From Octopus vulgaris (lineage: Eukaryota), in contig OX597831.1 in assembly GCA_951406725.2 (NCBI GenBank), forward strand, positions 36,952,001 to 37,016,000: a stretch of 64,000 nucleotides of DNA, written 5' to 3'. The notes below the pieces were generated by a model, which had not been told where the DNA came from, ran no database searches, and saw only the letters and a list, made by a program, of their open reading frames with translations. Of the stretch, positions 36,576-52,025 are shown piece by piece. Position 1 is the first letter of the stretch; each line of letters opens with the position of its first letter. Both the position numbers and the translations under genes were made by a program.

Positions 36576-38398
36576 CACCCAAGTGACAAATGAAATCTTT
36601 TGAGATATTTATTCTGTGCCGACTGACAAATACTCCCACATCATTCTTACTTTCAGATATGCTGTGAATAAACGATTAATCTATCAGAGACATAAAACCA
36701 GTGATACTATTTCTCACAAATAGTGATATTAAATAATAAATTGAATAAATACATTTGTATTTTGAATGGTTAATACATTAAGTAAAACATCATTATTTAA
36801 TGATGTAATGCAATCAATTAATTGATGATAACACGAAGGCGAGATTAGGAGCAAAGGTCAACAGTATATTGACTGCTTCAGAGTCAAATGGTGAATATAA
36901 ATCAATGATATGTGATTGAATCATCTAAAATAAATAGTCTTCATTATGCAACTCCGTTTCAGTTTATTGGAATTTGACATCAACGCTGTTTTTGCCATCA
37001 CAGATCAATGGATTTTCCAGTTACAAAATATTTATATATTTCAATACTTCGAAAGTGATTGATTGGCAATATCGTTATAGAAAAAAAAAACAACTAAATC
37101 TTTGTAATATTTATCCCAGCTCTTCACACTGAGTTCAATTCCAGCCGACGTAAACTTTGCCTTTTTATCTTCCGGGTCAGTAAATGACATGTATTGGGGT
37201 CAATTTAATCGATTAGTCGTTCCGCCACAAATTTCAGGTCTTGTGCCTATGTTATAAAATAATATTTAAACACTTGAACAAACGTGGAAGCAACTATGGT
37301 AATTCTTGTTTTGTTGATGATTTGTGCCTCATTTCAGCCTTGATCGAACGTTTACGACGAAAATCATTCCAGGGAAATAATTTCATAAAAAGTTCCGTAG
37401 AGCAATTACCATATTTCAATCCTTTCATTTTCTATATGAAGAAATTACTACAGGGTAAAGCACATTTTGTTTATAAGCTTCATTTAGGACCTAATGTAAG
37501 AGAAAAAAAAAACTTGCAGACGGTCGTTTGAGAAATTCAGACATGACAATTTCATGTTCACCAGATTTGTATGTCGAAATACTTGCAAGAAATCTTGTGA
37601 TAGTGAGAGAAATTTCCACTGATGTTAGCATTATGGCCGAGCATTGGCTCTTTATTCTGCAGTTGCTAAGAAATAGTTTATTGCTGAGTCTCACTCAGTA
37701 GACATACTCCAAAGCACCATTTTAAAACTGGATCATATATGGAGAAGCACAACAATTTCTTTATAGCTATATTAAGCACTGCCGAATGTGGGTAGATCTA
37801 AAAATCAAAAACCTATACCGCATCCACAAGTGGAAATTCATAAAAAAAGTTTCAGTGTATAATTATGGGGGATATAGTAAGAATTACTCATTATACATTT
37901 TATGTGTCAAATCAACTTTTGAAGTTCGCTTTCAGCAACTTCACCAAGGACAGACTGTTTTTGGATATATATCTCCCTGCCTTAGTAAAGCACAGAGGTT
38001 TCCCATTCATCGTGATAAGGCTCGATTTCCCAATACATAAGTCACAAAAATGCTCTAGAATCGTTTGAATGGGAAAAAATACTTCACTGTCCATATTCTC
38101 CAAACTGTTCTCTACCAAACTTCCACTTACTCAGAGCCTTGCAAAATAATTAAACGGGGTAACTATGCCCAGTAGGGATGATGCAGAACTATGCAGAACT
38201 TGAATTAATTAAATAGCTTAATTCCAATCCAAAGAACTTTTCAAATCAGACATTGAAAAATTTAGAAATAAATGGAGAGAAATTATAGAAAATCTAGGAA
38301 AATATTTTGATGATTAAATTTGCAAAAATAAATATATTTGTAAATTTAAATAAATACTAAAAGTCGGACAGAAGTTTCAAAACAACTTGATCTGTCTG

Positions 38399-38498
<100 letters not shown>

Positions 38499-38669
38499 CC
38501 TACCTACCTACCTACCTACCTACCTACACACACAAACGCACACACACACACACATACAAAACACACAAGTAGTTATACATGATTAGTATCTCGTGCCCAA
38601 AATTTCCAATGATTACCTAAACAGTTAACTATGTACTTCAGTGTGTCGAAACAAATAAAATAGATGTCC

Positions 38670-39103
38670 AAGCGCAGGTGTGGCTGTGTGGTAAGAAGCT
38701 TGCTTCACAAGCACATGATACCGGGTTCAGTCTCACTACGTGGCATCTTGAGCAGGTGTCTTCTAAAATAACCTCGGGCCGACCAAAGCCTTATAAAAGG
38801 ATTTGATAGACGGAAACTGAAAGAAGTGTGTCGTACACACAACACACACATATATATATATATATGTGTGTGTGTGTGTCTTTGTGTCTGTGTTGTCCCC
38901 CGCCATCACTGCTTGACAAGCTGTGTTGATATGTTTAGGTTCCTGTAACTTAGCGGTTCGGCAAAAAAGACAGATGGAATAAATACTAGGCTTAAGAATT
39001 AAGTCCTGTTGTCGATTTGTGTTATTGGAATCCTTCAAGGTGGTGCTCCAGCATGGCCGTAGTCAAATGACTGAAATAAGTGAAAGAATAAAAGAAGAAA
39101 AGA
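38670..39103 (+). mobile_element. tRNA-derived SINE (CORE-like family)
   Basis: Family match. Confidence 0.85.
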
Positions 39104-39299
39104 ATATCTGAAAAGTTTTAGGCGCCTTTGTTGAGCAAAAATAGCCGAAGATATCAATCAATCAACAAAAGCTTTAATCAGAAAATATTTTGGGTTGAGT
39201 GGTAAGTTGATACAAGTGTTCATCAGTCTTGGATTGGTGTGATTGATTAAATACAATTTTCTCCGTATGGAAGATATAAGAAAATTAGATCCGTTCTGA

Positions 39300-39960
39300 A
39301 GCGCTGGTGCGTTTTTTTTTTTGTAATCGTCTTACCCAAAACGTTCCTGAAAATTGTTTTTCCAGATGTTTTTGGACAGTGATGTAGTTTTTTTTGTGTA
39401 CTGCAATGGTTGAACGATCTGTTGCTGAGGAGCAGGCCAACCTTTCATGCGTTCTATGTCATTGCTGTGTAACAGGTTTAAAATTTTTTTTTTGCAGGAC
39501 ATGCCGGCAACATATCCGAGGTTCATATTTAGTCCGTTGCTTTCAGAGGAAAATTTCTACACGGCAGCGATTGCATATCGGCATTTATCATTTTTGATGT
39601 GAACGCACTGTCTTAATCATGGTTCTTTATAATGCTAGGAATATTCACCAAAACAGCTGATCTAATTGTAGTCCATTCTCTCAATAGCGAACTGTTTTAG
39701 TCCGCAAACATTACTATCAGCGCACCACACCACAATGAGCATGCATACTAGTTTAGTCTGAAATTGTTTCATTAAATACATGGCATGTAGCAGCATCTAA
39801 ATTTCTCTATCCACTTTTTTTTTTTATTACCATCAGATTGAAAACATTTTTGTGAGCTATAACACACTGATCTAGCATTTCTACATGTCGAATCACGCTT
39901 GTTTAGCCGGAGGATTATGTCATAAATACATGTGTCTGCATTATGCTCAGCCACTAAAAC
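39300..39960 (-). pseudogene. Possible highly decayed Tc1/mariner-type transposase
   Basis: Scattered motif remnants in the expected order: FQSDG..KKW, VVWCA, WPAP. Confidence 0.3.
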
Positions 39961-42824
39961 GTTAGGTAGCTCACTTGACCGAGAAACGAATGCTCATCAA
40001 ACAATAGTTGCTCAATCTTCGAAACGGACGGAGGGTACATTCATTATTGCAGCTGATACTCACATTTATCTTGTTTCTTATAGAACATCTTGCTCAATCT
40101 ATTACAATAAATTCCAGAATGATTATGCCGAGAGAAGTTTTCTGTAACTAGAAAGTCAGTTCACAATAACATTTCTATGAAGAGTTCCCGAAGAAGGAGT
40201 CTCAACATTGAAATAATGAAATTCAACACAAACCATTAGTTTGTATTATTTCTTATAACCTGCTTTACGTAAAAAAATTATAAAACATTCATAGAGTTAT
40301 TTTTGTTTTAATTAGTGTTGTATGGCCGGATGTACCATGTCAAATTCTCCTTTCTTCTACAACTGGGGCGATTATATACCTTTGGCGAACACTTAATCTT
40401 CTATCAGTAGCAACTGCTCATTAGAGCTTCAATATTGTACTCGGCAGTGTAAATAAACGGTGGTAGGGAAGCGAAATAAAACGCAATATTTGTTTCACAT
40501 GAAACTATTAAATATGTTAGAAACATAATGAAAATGTCAAAAATGATTTTCATGCCTGAAATTGCAGAGCATAAAATTCCGTGGGGAAAATGTCAAACTA
40601 AATTTTATTAAGTTCTCTACATCACAGGAGCAAATTCTTTCGTTTGATTGTTTGAATTTTAGTAGTTAATGTGTTTAACATTCACTGTTATTCGATAGAA
40701 AACATATTCTAAACATGGATTGGCGATATTTCTTTTTATTTTGTGAATCCATGTTGAAACGAGGAAGATAAAAGAATTGGCCTTATCTTTCGTAGGAAAT
40801 CAAATAAATAAATGCATACATATGAACATGGCTATATAGATTTTGTTGAACAAACTGGATAAATACAACTCCGTACATGAGCGTGTGTGTGCATGTATGT
40901 GTAAACACACACACACATAAATACATATGTATGTATGTATATATGCATGCATGTATGCATGTATGAATGTATGTAAAAGAAAATGAGGTGACAAAAGAAA
41001 AAGTGTTTGCGCTGTGAACTTCATTAGCTTACAGCAGTTTCTGTTATCAGATACAGTAGACGTTGAGTGCTCGAAAAACACAGTTGAGTGCTCGAAAAAC
41101 ACCATACAGCTTCTTCAGAGCTTCGAATATGAAATGCAATTTATTTGGGAAAAGGGTGTAAGTTGAAGCATCAGCCCTTGTTCTACCATACTAACTGTAA
41201 CAGAGTGGTTCCTTAAATATATTTTTTTTGTTGTCTCAGCCATTTGATGTTGAAAATTAATGAGATATATTAAAATTTAGTTTACATGATTTCTTTCATA
41301 TCACACTTGCATTAAATTTGCTGTATAAAATAGGATTGTGCATTAAATAATATCTTATTAATTAATGAAGCTTTCGGCAAGTATATGTAAGTGGCTTACG
41401 AATTTAACGGATATCATATATGTGTGAGTTTATGAATCAAAAAGGCACTTATTTGGCTGCAAAAAGTATTAAAATTTCAGTGCAGTTTTTAAAAACGTTT
41501 TTATATTTCTTGAGATAGTTTTATAGAAGATAACTGATATAAAATTACAGCCAGCCAGTTTCAGTCTAATTCGTATATATATAGTTGATGATATTTATTC
41601 TTTAGCAGTAAAGGTAAGCTGTAAAGTAGTAGTGAATGATTTCTAAATTCTGCAGCATAAATCTATAATTTGAAGAATATAAAAGAAAAAATAAAAGATA
41701 GGTAAAAGATATCGAACAAACAAAAATATAAACTATAAAAGAACGAAAAAAGAAAAAAATGTCTCGAATCTAAACAGAGTTAGCATGAGGAAAATCCGGT
41801 TAGCTAAAATGGCTTCTGTCAGAAGATAAATATGTTTTGTTATTTAATGAAAACTTTTGCAGAAACTGGTTTGTTTTCGCATTTCTAAACCTTGTGGTTG
41901 GTTGCTTTTTCTTTTCGAGATACCTACTAGGTGAGTGTAGAAAGTTGTTTTATATTTATCTTACTGTAAATTCTGACAAGAGACAATAACACTTTACAAT
42001 GCCTTCAGAAATATCTAAATTGTTTTAGCTTGATGGATGTAATAAATGTTACTACTACAAGTTTGCAAATTTGTATGCTGTGGAGAGATGTCTGTACTTG
42101 CGTTTAGAACAATGAGCTTCTTTCGGAGAGAAAAAGAGATTTCTTAGTGAATCTTATTCTTTACATTTAGAACGAAATAGAAGCATTGGGAAATATGTAA
42201 ATAAATCTTCTATAAAAGTTGCCTCTCGAATGCTAATCTGGTTATATCAGCCCATGACACACAGGGTTAAAAACCTCTTGAACAGAAAAAAAAACGAAAA
42301 TGTGTTATGTTACCTACTGACGTCGAACGATGCATCAACTCTAACCCAGACAGTAGTGAAGCCATTACTCTAAAGTCGTATCTCGAACTTTCTGTGTCAG
42401 AGATAGACACTTCAATCTTACAAGCGTGAAAGCAAGTTTGCTAACAATTACATAGCTGAATTTGCATTTGATGTATTCGTTTATAAAGCTTTTTTTTCTG
42501 TTCCACTGACCAATTAGGTTCAAAAAGGCAAATATATTCTGCCCACTTCATATACTATTTTTCCATACTATTTTCGAACTTTAGTCAGGAAGGAAGGGAC
42601 AGTATCCGTAGTACTTGTGTTATTTTTTCTTTCATGGACTACGAAACTGGTAGAGGGAAAAGCATCCTTAAACCAGGGACCCGGCCCAAATTGTAACAAC
42701 AAACCTTTGTTCTGTTTATTGGTTTCTAATCCTTTAAAATTAACACACACAAGACTCTATTTGGTAATTTACGTTGAGGACCACAGAAGGTAATTTGCAT
42801 CTTCAAGCTTTATATTCCTTTCTA

Positions 42825-43530
42825 CCATAAGCACAAGGCCTGGAATTTGGTATTAGAGGAAGAGGCTAGTCGATTCCATGAACCCAGTGCTCAGATGGTA
42901 CTTCTTTTTTTTATAGACTCTCAAAGAATGAGAAGCAGAATCGACATCGGCAGAATTTGAATTCAAATGTAAAGACAGACGAACTGATGCTAAGCATTTT
43001 GTTCGATGTGCCAAGTTCCTGCCTGCTCGTAGCTGTTCCAAGCTTTATAACAAAATCCTTTCTACTATGGACACAAGGCTCTAAATTTGGGGGAGAGAAG
43101 AAAAGTTGACACCAACGACTCCAGTATTTGATTGCTACTTATTTCATGGACCCCCGAAAGAATGAAAGGCAAAGTCGACGTCAGCGGAAAATGAAGTCAG
43201 AACGCCAGGATGAATAATATGCTTAGCAGCATTTTGTGCTAACGTTTCTGCCAGTTCGTCTCCTTTCCAAGCCTTATAATGTAATGAAATTGCCATAAGA
43301 TCTACCATGGCTCAATGCTGATTTCAAATTTTGGCACAAGGTCAGCTGTTTCAGAGGTGGGGCTAAGTCAATTACATTAATCCAAGTGTTCAACTGGTAG
43401 TTATTTTATCAATCCCGAAAGGATGAAAGGCAAAGTCAACCTCGGCAGAATTTGAAGTCAGAACACAAAGACGGACGAAATACCGCTAAGCGCCCCTGCT
43501 TGCCAACGATTCTTACAGCTCGCCGTCTTA
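42825..43530 (-). mobile_element. Three tandem Nin-domain-like SINEs
   Basis: Units about 42825-43030, 43058-43262 and 43325-43530. Confidence 0.75.
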
Positions 43531-43951
43531 CCATAACACAATATTAAAAGAAAAGTTTCTCAGAACAAAACAATTCAGCTTTTCCAGAACTCTTTTAATC
43601 TGGAAGATGTTCTGTTTGTTCTCACGCATTCTCTAATCTCTTTCTTTTCAAACTGAGATGCAAAAGACACTAATGGTGATGTTCCGTGACGATCTTATAA
43701 ATCTAATACACAGCATTTTGTATTTAGTTCTTCTGCAAAGGTTATATCATTTCCTGTTCCATCTTATTTTCTCTACTAATTCCACTCAATTGCCGCAGTA
43801 CTACCTTCAACATTTCATTCGGATATATCGGTTCTAGGACATTTTTTTCTGGTCGTTATCTTTTTATTGATATCTTCTGTGAAGTCGCTATGAGAAAAAG
43901 TGACTCAATATGCATGAAACCAGATTTTAGACCAGTTGTAAACTGAATTAC

Positions 43952-44021
<70 letters not shown>

Positions 44022-44024
44022 GTA

Positions 44025-44660
44025 TATTTCTTTACTACCCACAAGGGGCTAAACACAGGGGTGAGGGGACAAACAAGGACAGACAAACGGGTTAAGTCGA
44101 TTACATCGATCCCAGTGCGTAATTGGTACTTAATTTATCGACCCCGAAATGATGAAAGGCAAAGTCGACCTCGGCGGAATTTGAACTCAGAACGTAGCGG
44201 CAGACGAAATAATCTCTCTCTATATATATATCTGTCTGTCTGTCTGTCTGTTTGTCTTCTGTCTGTCTGTCTGCCTGCCTGTCTGCCTGCCTGCCTGTCT
44301 GTCTGTCTTTTTATCTATATACATATACACAAGAACACAAAACACCCACATGCACATGTGTGTGTGTGTGTGTATGTACGTAGTTACAAAGCAAAATCTT
44401 TTTAACAAATCCTATTGCAAAGACACACGCACATGTATTTTGGTTTCAAAATTCTGTCACAGGACCAATAATTTCAATGGGAGGGAGTTAAGTCGATTAT
44501 ATCAATCCCAGTGTTCAACTTGTACTTATTCTATCAAGCACGACACGATGAAAGACACCGTCGACTCCGGTGGCATTTGAACTCAGAACATAAAATCAGT
44601 AGAAATGCCGATAAGCAATTTTTCCGGCGCGGTAACCATTCTACCAAGCTCGCCGCCTTC
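44025..44660 (-). mobile_element. Two Nin-domain-like SINEs
   Basis: 44025-44210 and 44452-44660; CpGs retained. Confidence 0.8.
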
Positions 44661-45063
44661 ACACACAAGTATATTTACGAACACGCTTCATAAATCTGCA
44701 GATAACACAATCAGAAACACGTCAGACTGAAATAATCAGGTATTTTCTACAAGTCGTTAAGATTATCGAATTATTATTCCTTAACACAATCCAGTATCAT
44801 AAAATCCTGATTAACGATCGTAATACGAGCACCATCTGACAACAGTTTTACAACAGGATTTTAATATCACAGCCCACACATTGCTTTCATCAGTGGACAT
44901 ATAAGAATTTTGTGGCCTTGTTTACGGCTTACACTTTGCTTCTCAGTTACAGTGGATATCTCGATGAGTAACGCGCTTGTGAGGATTAAGCGCAAAGCGT
45001 AGCTGTGTGATTATGAAGTTGACTTCGCTATGTACGTGTGTGAGAGAGAGAGAGAGACAGTAC

Positions 45064-45253
<190 letters not shown>

Positions 45254-45309
45254 AAAAAAAACGAAGGGAAAAAAGAGAGCCACTTACTTTAATGTGTTTT
45301 CTTTTTGCA

Positions 45310-45581
45310 TGACACTATTGCCCAAGGTTCCCGTGGTCTTTTCCGTAGGCTTTTCTATCCACGGACAAACCTAATCTGTTCTCCCCTTTTACATTGATAT
45401 TACTCTGATACACAATCCCTATTGATCGGCCCCACTTCTTTTCTCTTTTTCCCCACGATCCCATTTGATCGGAATTCGCCCCACCTTTTTTTTTGTCTTT
45501 TCCCTATCTCTTCCACAAAAGAAAAGCTCTACTTTGTATTTTGTCCCTTCTGTGTTTAGCCCTGCGTGGCCAATAAAGAAC

Positions 45582-45582
<1 letters not shown>
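45310..45582 (+). mobile_element. Probable LINE 3' UTR sharing its tail with the Nin-like SINE
   Basis: Ends ttgtcccttctgtgtttagccctgcgtggccaataaagaa, matching the SINE tail at 48131-48170. Confidence 0.55.
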
Positions 45583-45667
<85 letters not shown>

Positions 45668-45805
45668 AAGTAATGTTTGCTTTTATATTGTATCTTTAGT
45701 AGAGCACAAATTTATTATTCTTTAACAAGAATAAGTACTTTCATTGTCAATATTATTCTTGTTGAATAATAATAATTATATATATATGTATGTATGTATG
45801 TATGT

Positions 45806-45869
<64 letters not shown>

Positions 45870-46351
45870 ACTGTTAGTTGTCCATAACGCAGAAATAAAA
45901 GCACACTCAATGTAATGATGTGGGTATATCTTTATAGTGTCAAGCAATATATTGCTGGCTGTAGCGTATAACTACAGATTGCCGAAACAGCCTAGACCGT
46001 ATCTTAATGAAAGTAGGTGATGTAGATTCTACTTGGCGAGGGAAAAGAATCATCCTAAAAAGATTCAGACAATTTGGGCGCTTTTCTGAATTCGAGAAGG
46101 AAAATCTTGGATGTTGTCTTTATAAGCACACATCCATCTTGGCGATTCGGTCCCGTTCGTGTTTGAACTAAAGAACAAATGCCCGCGTACACTTCCCTCT
46201 ACAGCTAGCACCATATTGGGATGGATGCAACAAAGAAAGGAATCTGTTTGCTACACTTAAACAACTGTTTTAGTACTAAGCATTCTTTTACTGAAATGAC
46301 TGATTGTCTCAGACATTAATCCGCGAATTGTGAGTTTGAAAAGGAACGATA

Positions 46352-46747
46352 TCTTTATATATAAAAGTAAGGTTGTGTGCTGTCTGTCTCCTACGATTTA
46401 GATTCCTAACTACTCCCACATTTTGCGGTGCAGTTTAACCAAAACCGGGTATCTTATAGTCGTGATTCATATCGAGCCCTTCTGGGTATTAGCACGCGTC
46501 TACGATGAGTCTACGATTAAAAAAAAAAATTACCATAAATTTTTCCCATTTTAAATGCATTTTTGGCATATATAAGGGAAGTAACTCTCTAAAAATTTAT
46601 TATTAAATCTCAGAACGTAAAAAGCTACAGTAACACCCCCCCTTTGTGGTTAGCCATATTGAGATGGCTATTATACTTTACATCTCTAAAAATGCTTATA
46701 TAGTTATTTCCCTTACAAACCCGAGCAACGCCGGGCGATAATGCTAG
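46352..46747 (+). mobile_element. Non-autonomous Helitron
   Basis: A|TC start, subterminal hairpin cccgagcaacgccggg, CTAG|T end, no TSD. Confidence 0.85.
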
Positions 46748-47016
46748 TTGATTATAAGTGCGTTTGCCCTCGTCTTGTAATGGAAAATGTGTATTAGTTA
46801 TATCGAAACAAATTTATTACTGTTGCTTATTTTATTCTATGAACAGAGAAATAGGAACAGCTTGTACGTGAAATTAACAAACAAGTGGCCCAGCACTCCA
46901 CAGATACGCGTACCCTTAAGGTAGTTCGCAAGGACATTCAGCATGGCACAGAATGTGCTGGCCTTTTCAAATACTGATACTATCCATTTTTGCCAGCTGA
47001 GTGGACTGCAGCAACA

Positions 47017-47369
47017 AGTGGAGGCGCAATGGCCCAGTGGTTAGGGCAGCGAACTCGCGGCTGGAGGATCGCGGTTTCGATTCCCAGACCGGGCGTTGTG
47101 TGTGTTTATTGAGTGAAAACACCTAAAGCTCCACGAGGCTCCGGCTTTCGCCCCAAATTTCTCTCACTCTTTCTTCCTGTTTCTTGTCCCCGACTTCCTA
47201 CGCAACCGCTGAGCCTGGATGCGCATTCATCCATCCGTCGATGCTCTTGGTGTCGGGGGTTGACCTGCTTTCTCTTCTGCGGGTCTTACGAATAGCTAAG
47301 GACCACGTTTCGGACTTCTCCCATCTTGCGAGCTCTGGGACGAAGACCGTTCGCTCAACAGCAACAGCA
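47017..47369 (+). mobile_element. tRNA-derived SINE with 12-bp TSD, nested in another SINE (about 46855-47480, minus strand)
   Basis: TSD actgcagcaaca at 47005-47016 and 47370-47381. Confidence 0.88.
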
Positions 47370-47987
47370 ACTGCAGCAACATGTAATAAAGTCTCTTGCT
47401 CAAGAACACAACGCACCACCGTGTTTTTAACTCACGACATTACGATCAAGAGCTGAATACCCTGACCAGAAGGCCATGCGTTATTCCGAAGGCAACGAAT
47501 CGACAGATCTGCTAAAGTGTTGGCTACTATGTCTCACACTTCCGACTGTCTGCACTCTGGCTTCAAATCCAAATATGGTCGACTTTGTAATTCATATTAT
47601 GGAGAGGGATTGAAAAAAATTAACAATCTAGTGTGACGAATTGGTACCAGTTCTGGCCTATTTTGCACACTGACTACAATCCTTGCGACGACAGCATTAC
47701 CATGTTGCATCGATCCAGGTCGGTAATTTTACTCATGGATAAACATTTGTGGTGTGAAAAGAAGAGATTGGCATGTTGTGGGCAACCTCCACTCATCCCC
47801 AGAATATTTTGTCCGTACATGCCCAGACATGTAGTATGGTCAACATTTACCGGAGACCCTATGTAACCGACATCAAATGTTACAGGGATAGTCTATTTTT
47901 GTTTTGTTTTTACCTAATGTATCTAGGGAATGCAACTGGACACATTACCAATCACAATCGGCTTTGAAGACTATATTTAGTGCATTT

Positions 47988-48172
47988 CGTCATGACGACG
48001 GCACGCTACGTTCTGAGTTCAAATTCCTCCGAGGTCGACTTTGCCGTTCATCCTTTCGGGGTCGATTAAATAAGTACCAGATATGCACTGGGATCGATCT
48101 AATCGACTTAATCCCTTTGTCTGTCCTTGTTTGTCCCCTCTATGTTTAGCCCTTTGTGGGCAATAAAGAAAT
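47988..48172 (+). mobile_element. Nin-domain-like SINE
   Basis: B-box-like gagttcaaattcc followed by ttcatcctttcggggtcgattaaataagtaccag. Confidence 0.8.
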
Positions 48173-48614
48173 AGAGAGATTACCATGTCTTTAGTAACTT
48201 TAGATAAAACAAAAGGAGGCCCTCTCTGCTGTACATCATCTCCATTTGTTCACTAACTTATTTACAGAGTATAGTGAGTGGATTTTATTATGGTATTCGC
48301 TTTAGAAATCTCGTTTTGGTCCCACCAAGGCACTAACTGTCTTTTTTGCCGTATTTGCTTCCATTCGTTAGTTCACCAGTACGACAGGGTTGTCTCATGC
48401 AATGCTGTAAGTAGAAAGCAAAATAATAAGAGGGATACAGAGTGATAAACGAGAGAGTAGTGGAAGCGAGAGCGTGGAGGGCTAAAGAAAGGGGAGGATA
48501 GAGTTGGGTAAGGAGCACTGACGGGAAGAGAGTCGATAGATAATAACAATGATTAATAGAACAAAGAAAGATGAGACAGAGAGAGGGAGAGAGAGAGAGA
48601 GAGGGAGAGAGAAA

Positions 48615-48654
<40 letters not shown>

Positions 48655-48892
48655 AGTGAGACAAAATAAGAATGCGATGAATAACAATAAAAATGGGTGA
48701 TGGCAAGTAGGTGCGAGTGATTGAATGATAGAGACTGACGTCATTAATGATTCATAGGGGAAGGAGCAATGGGGGAGAGAATATGATAGTAGCAATAAAG
48801 AAGATCCAGTGCGATGCCGTTCCTCGTAATACAGGCGACGAGAGGGTGAGATATTGAGAGACACATTGATAGATGGGTTCAGTGATATATAT

Positions 48893-49297
48893 TCTTTTCT
48901 ACTCTAGACACAAGGCCCGAAATTTTTGTGGAGGGGGCCAGTCGATTAGACCGACCCCAGTACGCAATTGGTAGTTAATTTATCGACCCCAAAAGGATGA
49001 AAGACAAAATCGACCTCGGCTGAATTTGAAATCAGAACGTAATGTCAGACGAAATACCTATTTCTATTTCTTTACTACCCACAAGGGGCTAAACACAGAG
49101 GAAACAAACAAGTACAGACAGACGGATTAAGTCGATTATATCGACCCCAGTGCACAACTGGTACTTTATTTATCGACCCAGAAAGGATGAAAGGCAAAGT
49201 CTACCTCGGCTGAATCTGAACTCAGAACGTAGCGGCAGACGAAATCCCGCTAAGCATTTCGCCCGGCGTGCTAACAATTGTGCCAGCTCGCCATCTT
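48893..49297 (-). mobile_element. Two adjacent Nin-domain-like SINE segments with alternative tails
   Basis: 48893-49057 and 49065-49297; the second has the full tRNA-like head. Confidence 0.82.
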
Positions 49298-49302
49298 GTT
49301 GA

Positions 49303-49870
<568 letters not shown>

Positions 49871-50236
49871 ACGGTGACTTAATATGCGTGTATAATATGG
49901 GAAAGATACCTAGTGTAGCTATTGTACATCTTAATTTCCACCACCATCATAACCTGACGTTCGTTTTCTTGCGCATGCGTGGGTTGAGTGGGTCAACTCC
50001 AGCGCAGCATTTCGCCAAAAGTAACGGCCCTTTATCATCTTTTTTCCAAAAGTTCAGTTTCCTGACATCATAAAGTATATATTTTCCGACGATATTTCTA
50101 TACTTATAAAGGAAACAAGGATAGCTGCGTGATTAGAACACCGGACTAAATGTACCCCGAGAACAAGAATCAATCTTTCATTTTACAATGGTTGATAAAT
50201 ACAAGTCTCATGCTGGGTGTTTTATTCCATTAATAT

Positions 50237-50270
<34 letters not shown>

Positions 50271-50314
50271 TAGAATTATTATTGTTATTATTATTATTAT
50301 TATTATTATTCATT

Positions 50315-50401
<87 letters not shown>

Positions 50402-50871
50402 TTTATTTATTTATTTATTTTTTAACTACAAAGAACTAGGCCTTATGCCACATGAAATAAAAAAAAAATCAATATTTATGAATGGTTATATATCAAAGAA
50501 AGACACTGAAATGTATTAAATTTTGCTTTCTACCACAAGTTGAGTGTTATGGTATATGTACGTACGTACGTACGTATGTACGTACGTACGTATGTACGTA
50601 CGTATGTATGTATGTATGTATGTATGTATGTATGTATGTATGTATGTATGTATGTATGTATGTATGTATGTATACATATATTATATGTATAATATAGTAC
50701 AATGGTATGTGTATATATATATATAAGGTATTTACCTTTGCTTATTGAAACCTATAAATTTCCATTTTGATAATAGTTTCATATTATATCTAAGAAATTC
50801 TTTTCGAGGGAAGCTGTCAAAGTAATTGTCTGCAGAAGACAACCACCCCCTTACAATTTCCAATAATAATA

Positions 50872-50911
<40 letters not shown>

Positions 50912-51271
50912 CAATAATAATAATAGTAGTCATTGGAAGGAAGCGAAAATGTTTTTCTGCAAGAAAAGCTCTTTGATCAATAAGTGCAAAAGTAATTCTT
51001 TAATTCTTTGGAGAAAAATGAAATGACGACAGCTACTTCTGTGAGGGAGGTATTCTAATGAGGAATTCAATTGTGGTACCAATATTGATGGAACTGACAA
51101 AATTTGCTATAGATAGTGGTATTTAGTGATACCGCTGGTGCCAAGAAATAATAGAACCCATCAACTAGGAAACAGTTACAATTAATCTGCTGCTGCTGTT
51201 TGAAGAATATGGTTTTACTGTGATCGAAATGATTGCGGCACTGCATCGTTAATTGGCATGACTTTTAATGA

Positions 51272-52025
51272 TTTCTTCTTCTTCTTCTTCTTCTTCTTCT
51301 TCTTCTTCTTCTTCTTCTTCTTCTTCTTCTTCTTCTTCTTCTTCTTCTTCCCCCTTCCTCCTCCTTCTTCCACTTCTTCTTCCCCCTTCCTCCTCCTTCT
51401 TCCACTTCTTCCTCCTCCCCTCCTCCTCCCCTCCTCCTCCTCCTCCTCCTCCTCCTCCTCCTCCTCCTTCCCCCTCCTCCTTCTTCTCCTCCTCCACCTT
51501 CTTCTTCTCCTCCACCTTCTTCTTCTTCTTCTTCTTCTTCTTCTTCTTCTTCTTCTTCGTCTTCTTCGTGTTCTATTTCTTCTCATCAATGGCTTTCTCC
51601 ATCACCATCTTCCTCCTTCTCTTCCACTTCCGTTTCGTCCTCATCTCCATTCTACTCCTCCCCTCCCATGTCATCACCACCAGTATTTTCTTCTTCTTGT
51701 TCTACTAGTTGTTGTTCTGATTATTTTTCTTCCTCCTCCCTTCCTCCCCATCCTCCTTTTCTTCTTTCCCCCTCCTCCACTCACTTTTTCTTCCTTCTTT
51801 TTTCTCCTCCTCCACTTGTTTTTCGTCCTCCTCCTCTTATTTTCCGTCCTCCTCCTCTTATTTTCCGTCCTCCTCCTCCTCCTCCTCTCTTGTTGATGGT
51901 GTTGTTGTTGTTGTTGTTCTTCTTCTTCTTCTTCTTCTTCTTCTTCTTCTTCTTCTTTCTTCTTCATCTTTCTTCTTCACCTTCTTTCTTCTTCATCTTC
52001 TTTCTTCTTCTTCTTCTTTTCCTTT
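51272..52025. repeat. Polypyrimidine (CTT)/(CCT) low-complexity tract
   Basis: About 750 bp, strongly C/T-biased on the + strand. Confidence 0.95.

Noticed and set aside
37241-38150. Short ORF cluster that might be a transposase relic
   Set aside because: No diagnostic motif recognisable by eye; needs a translated search.
40250-42270. Decayed piggyBac (cacagggTTAA end near 42270)
   Set aside because: No matching TTAACCC left end and no convincing transposase motif.
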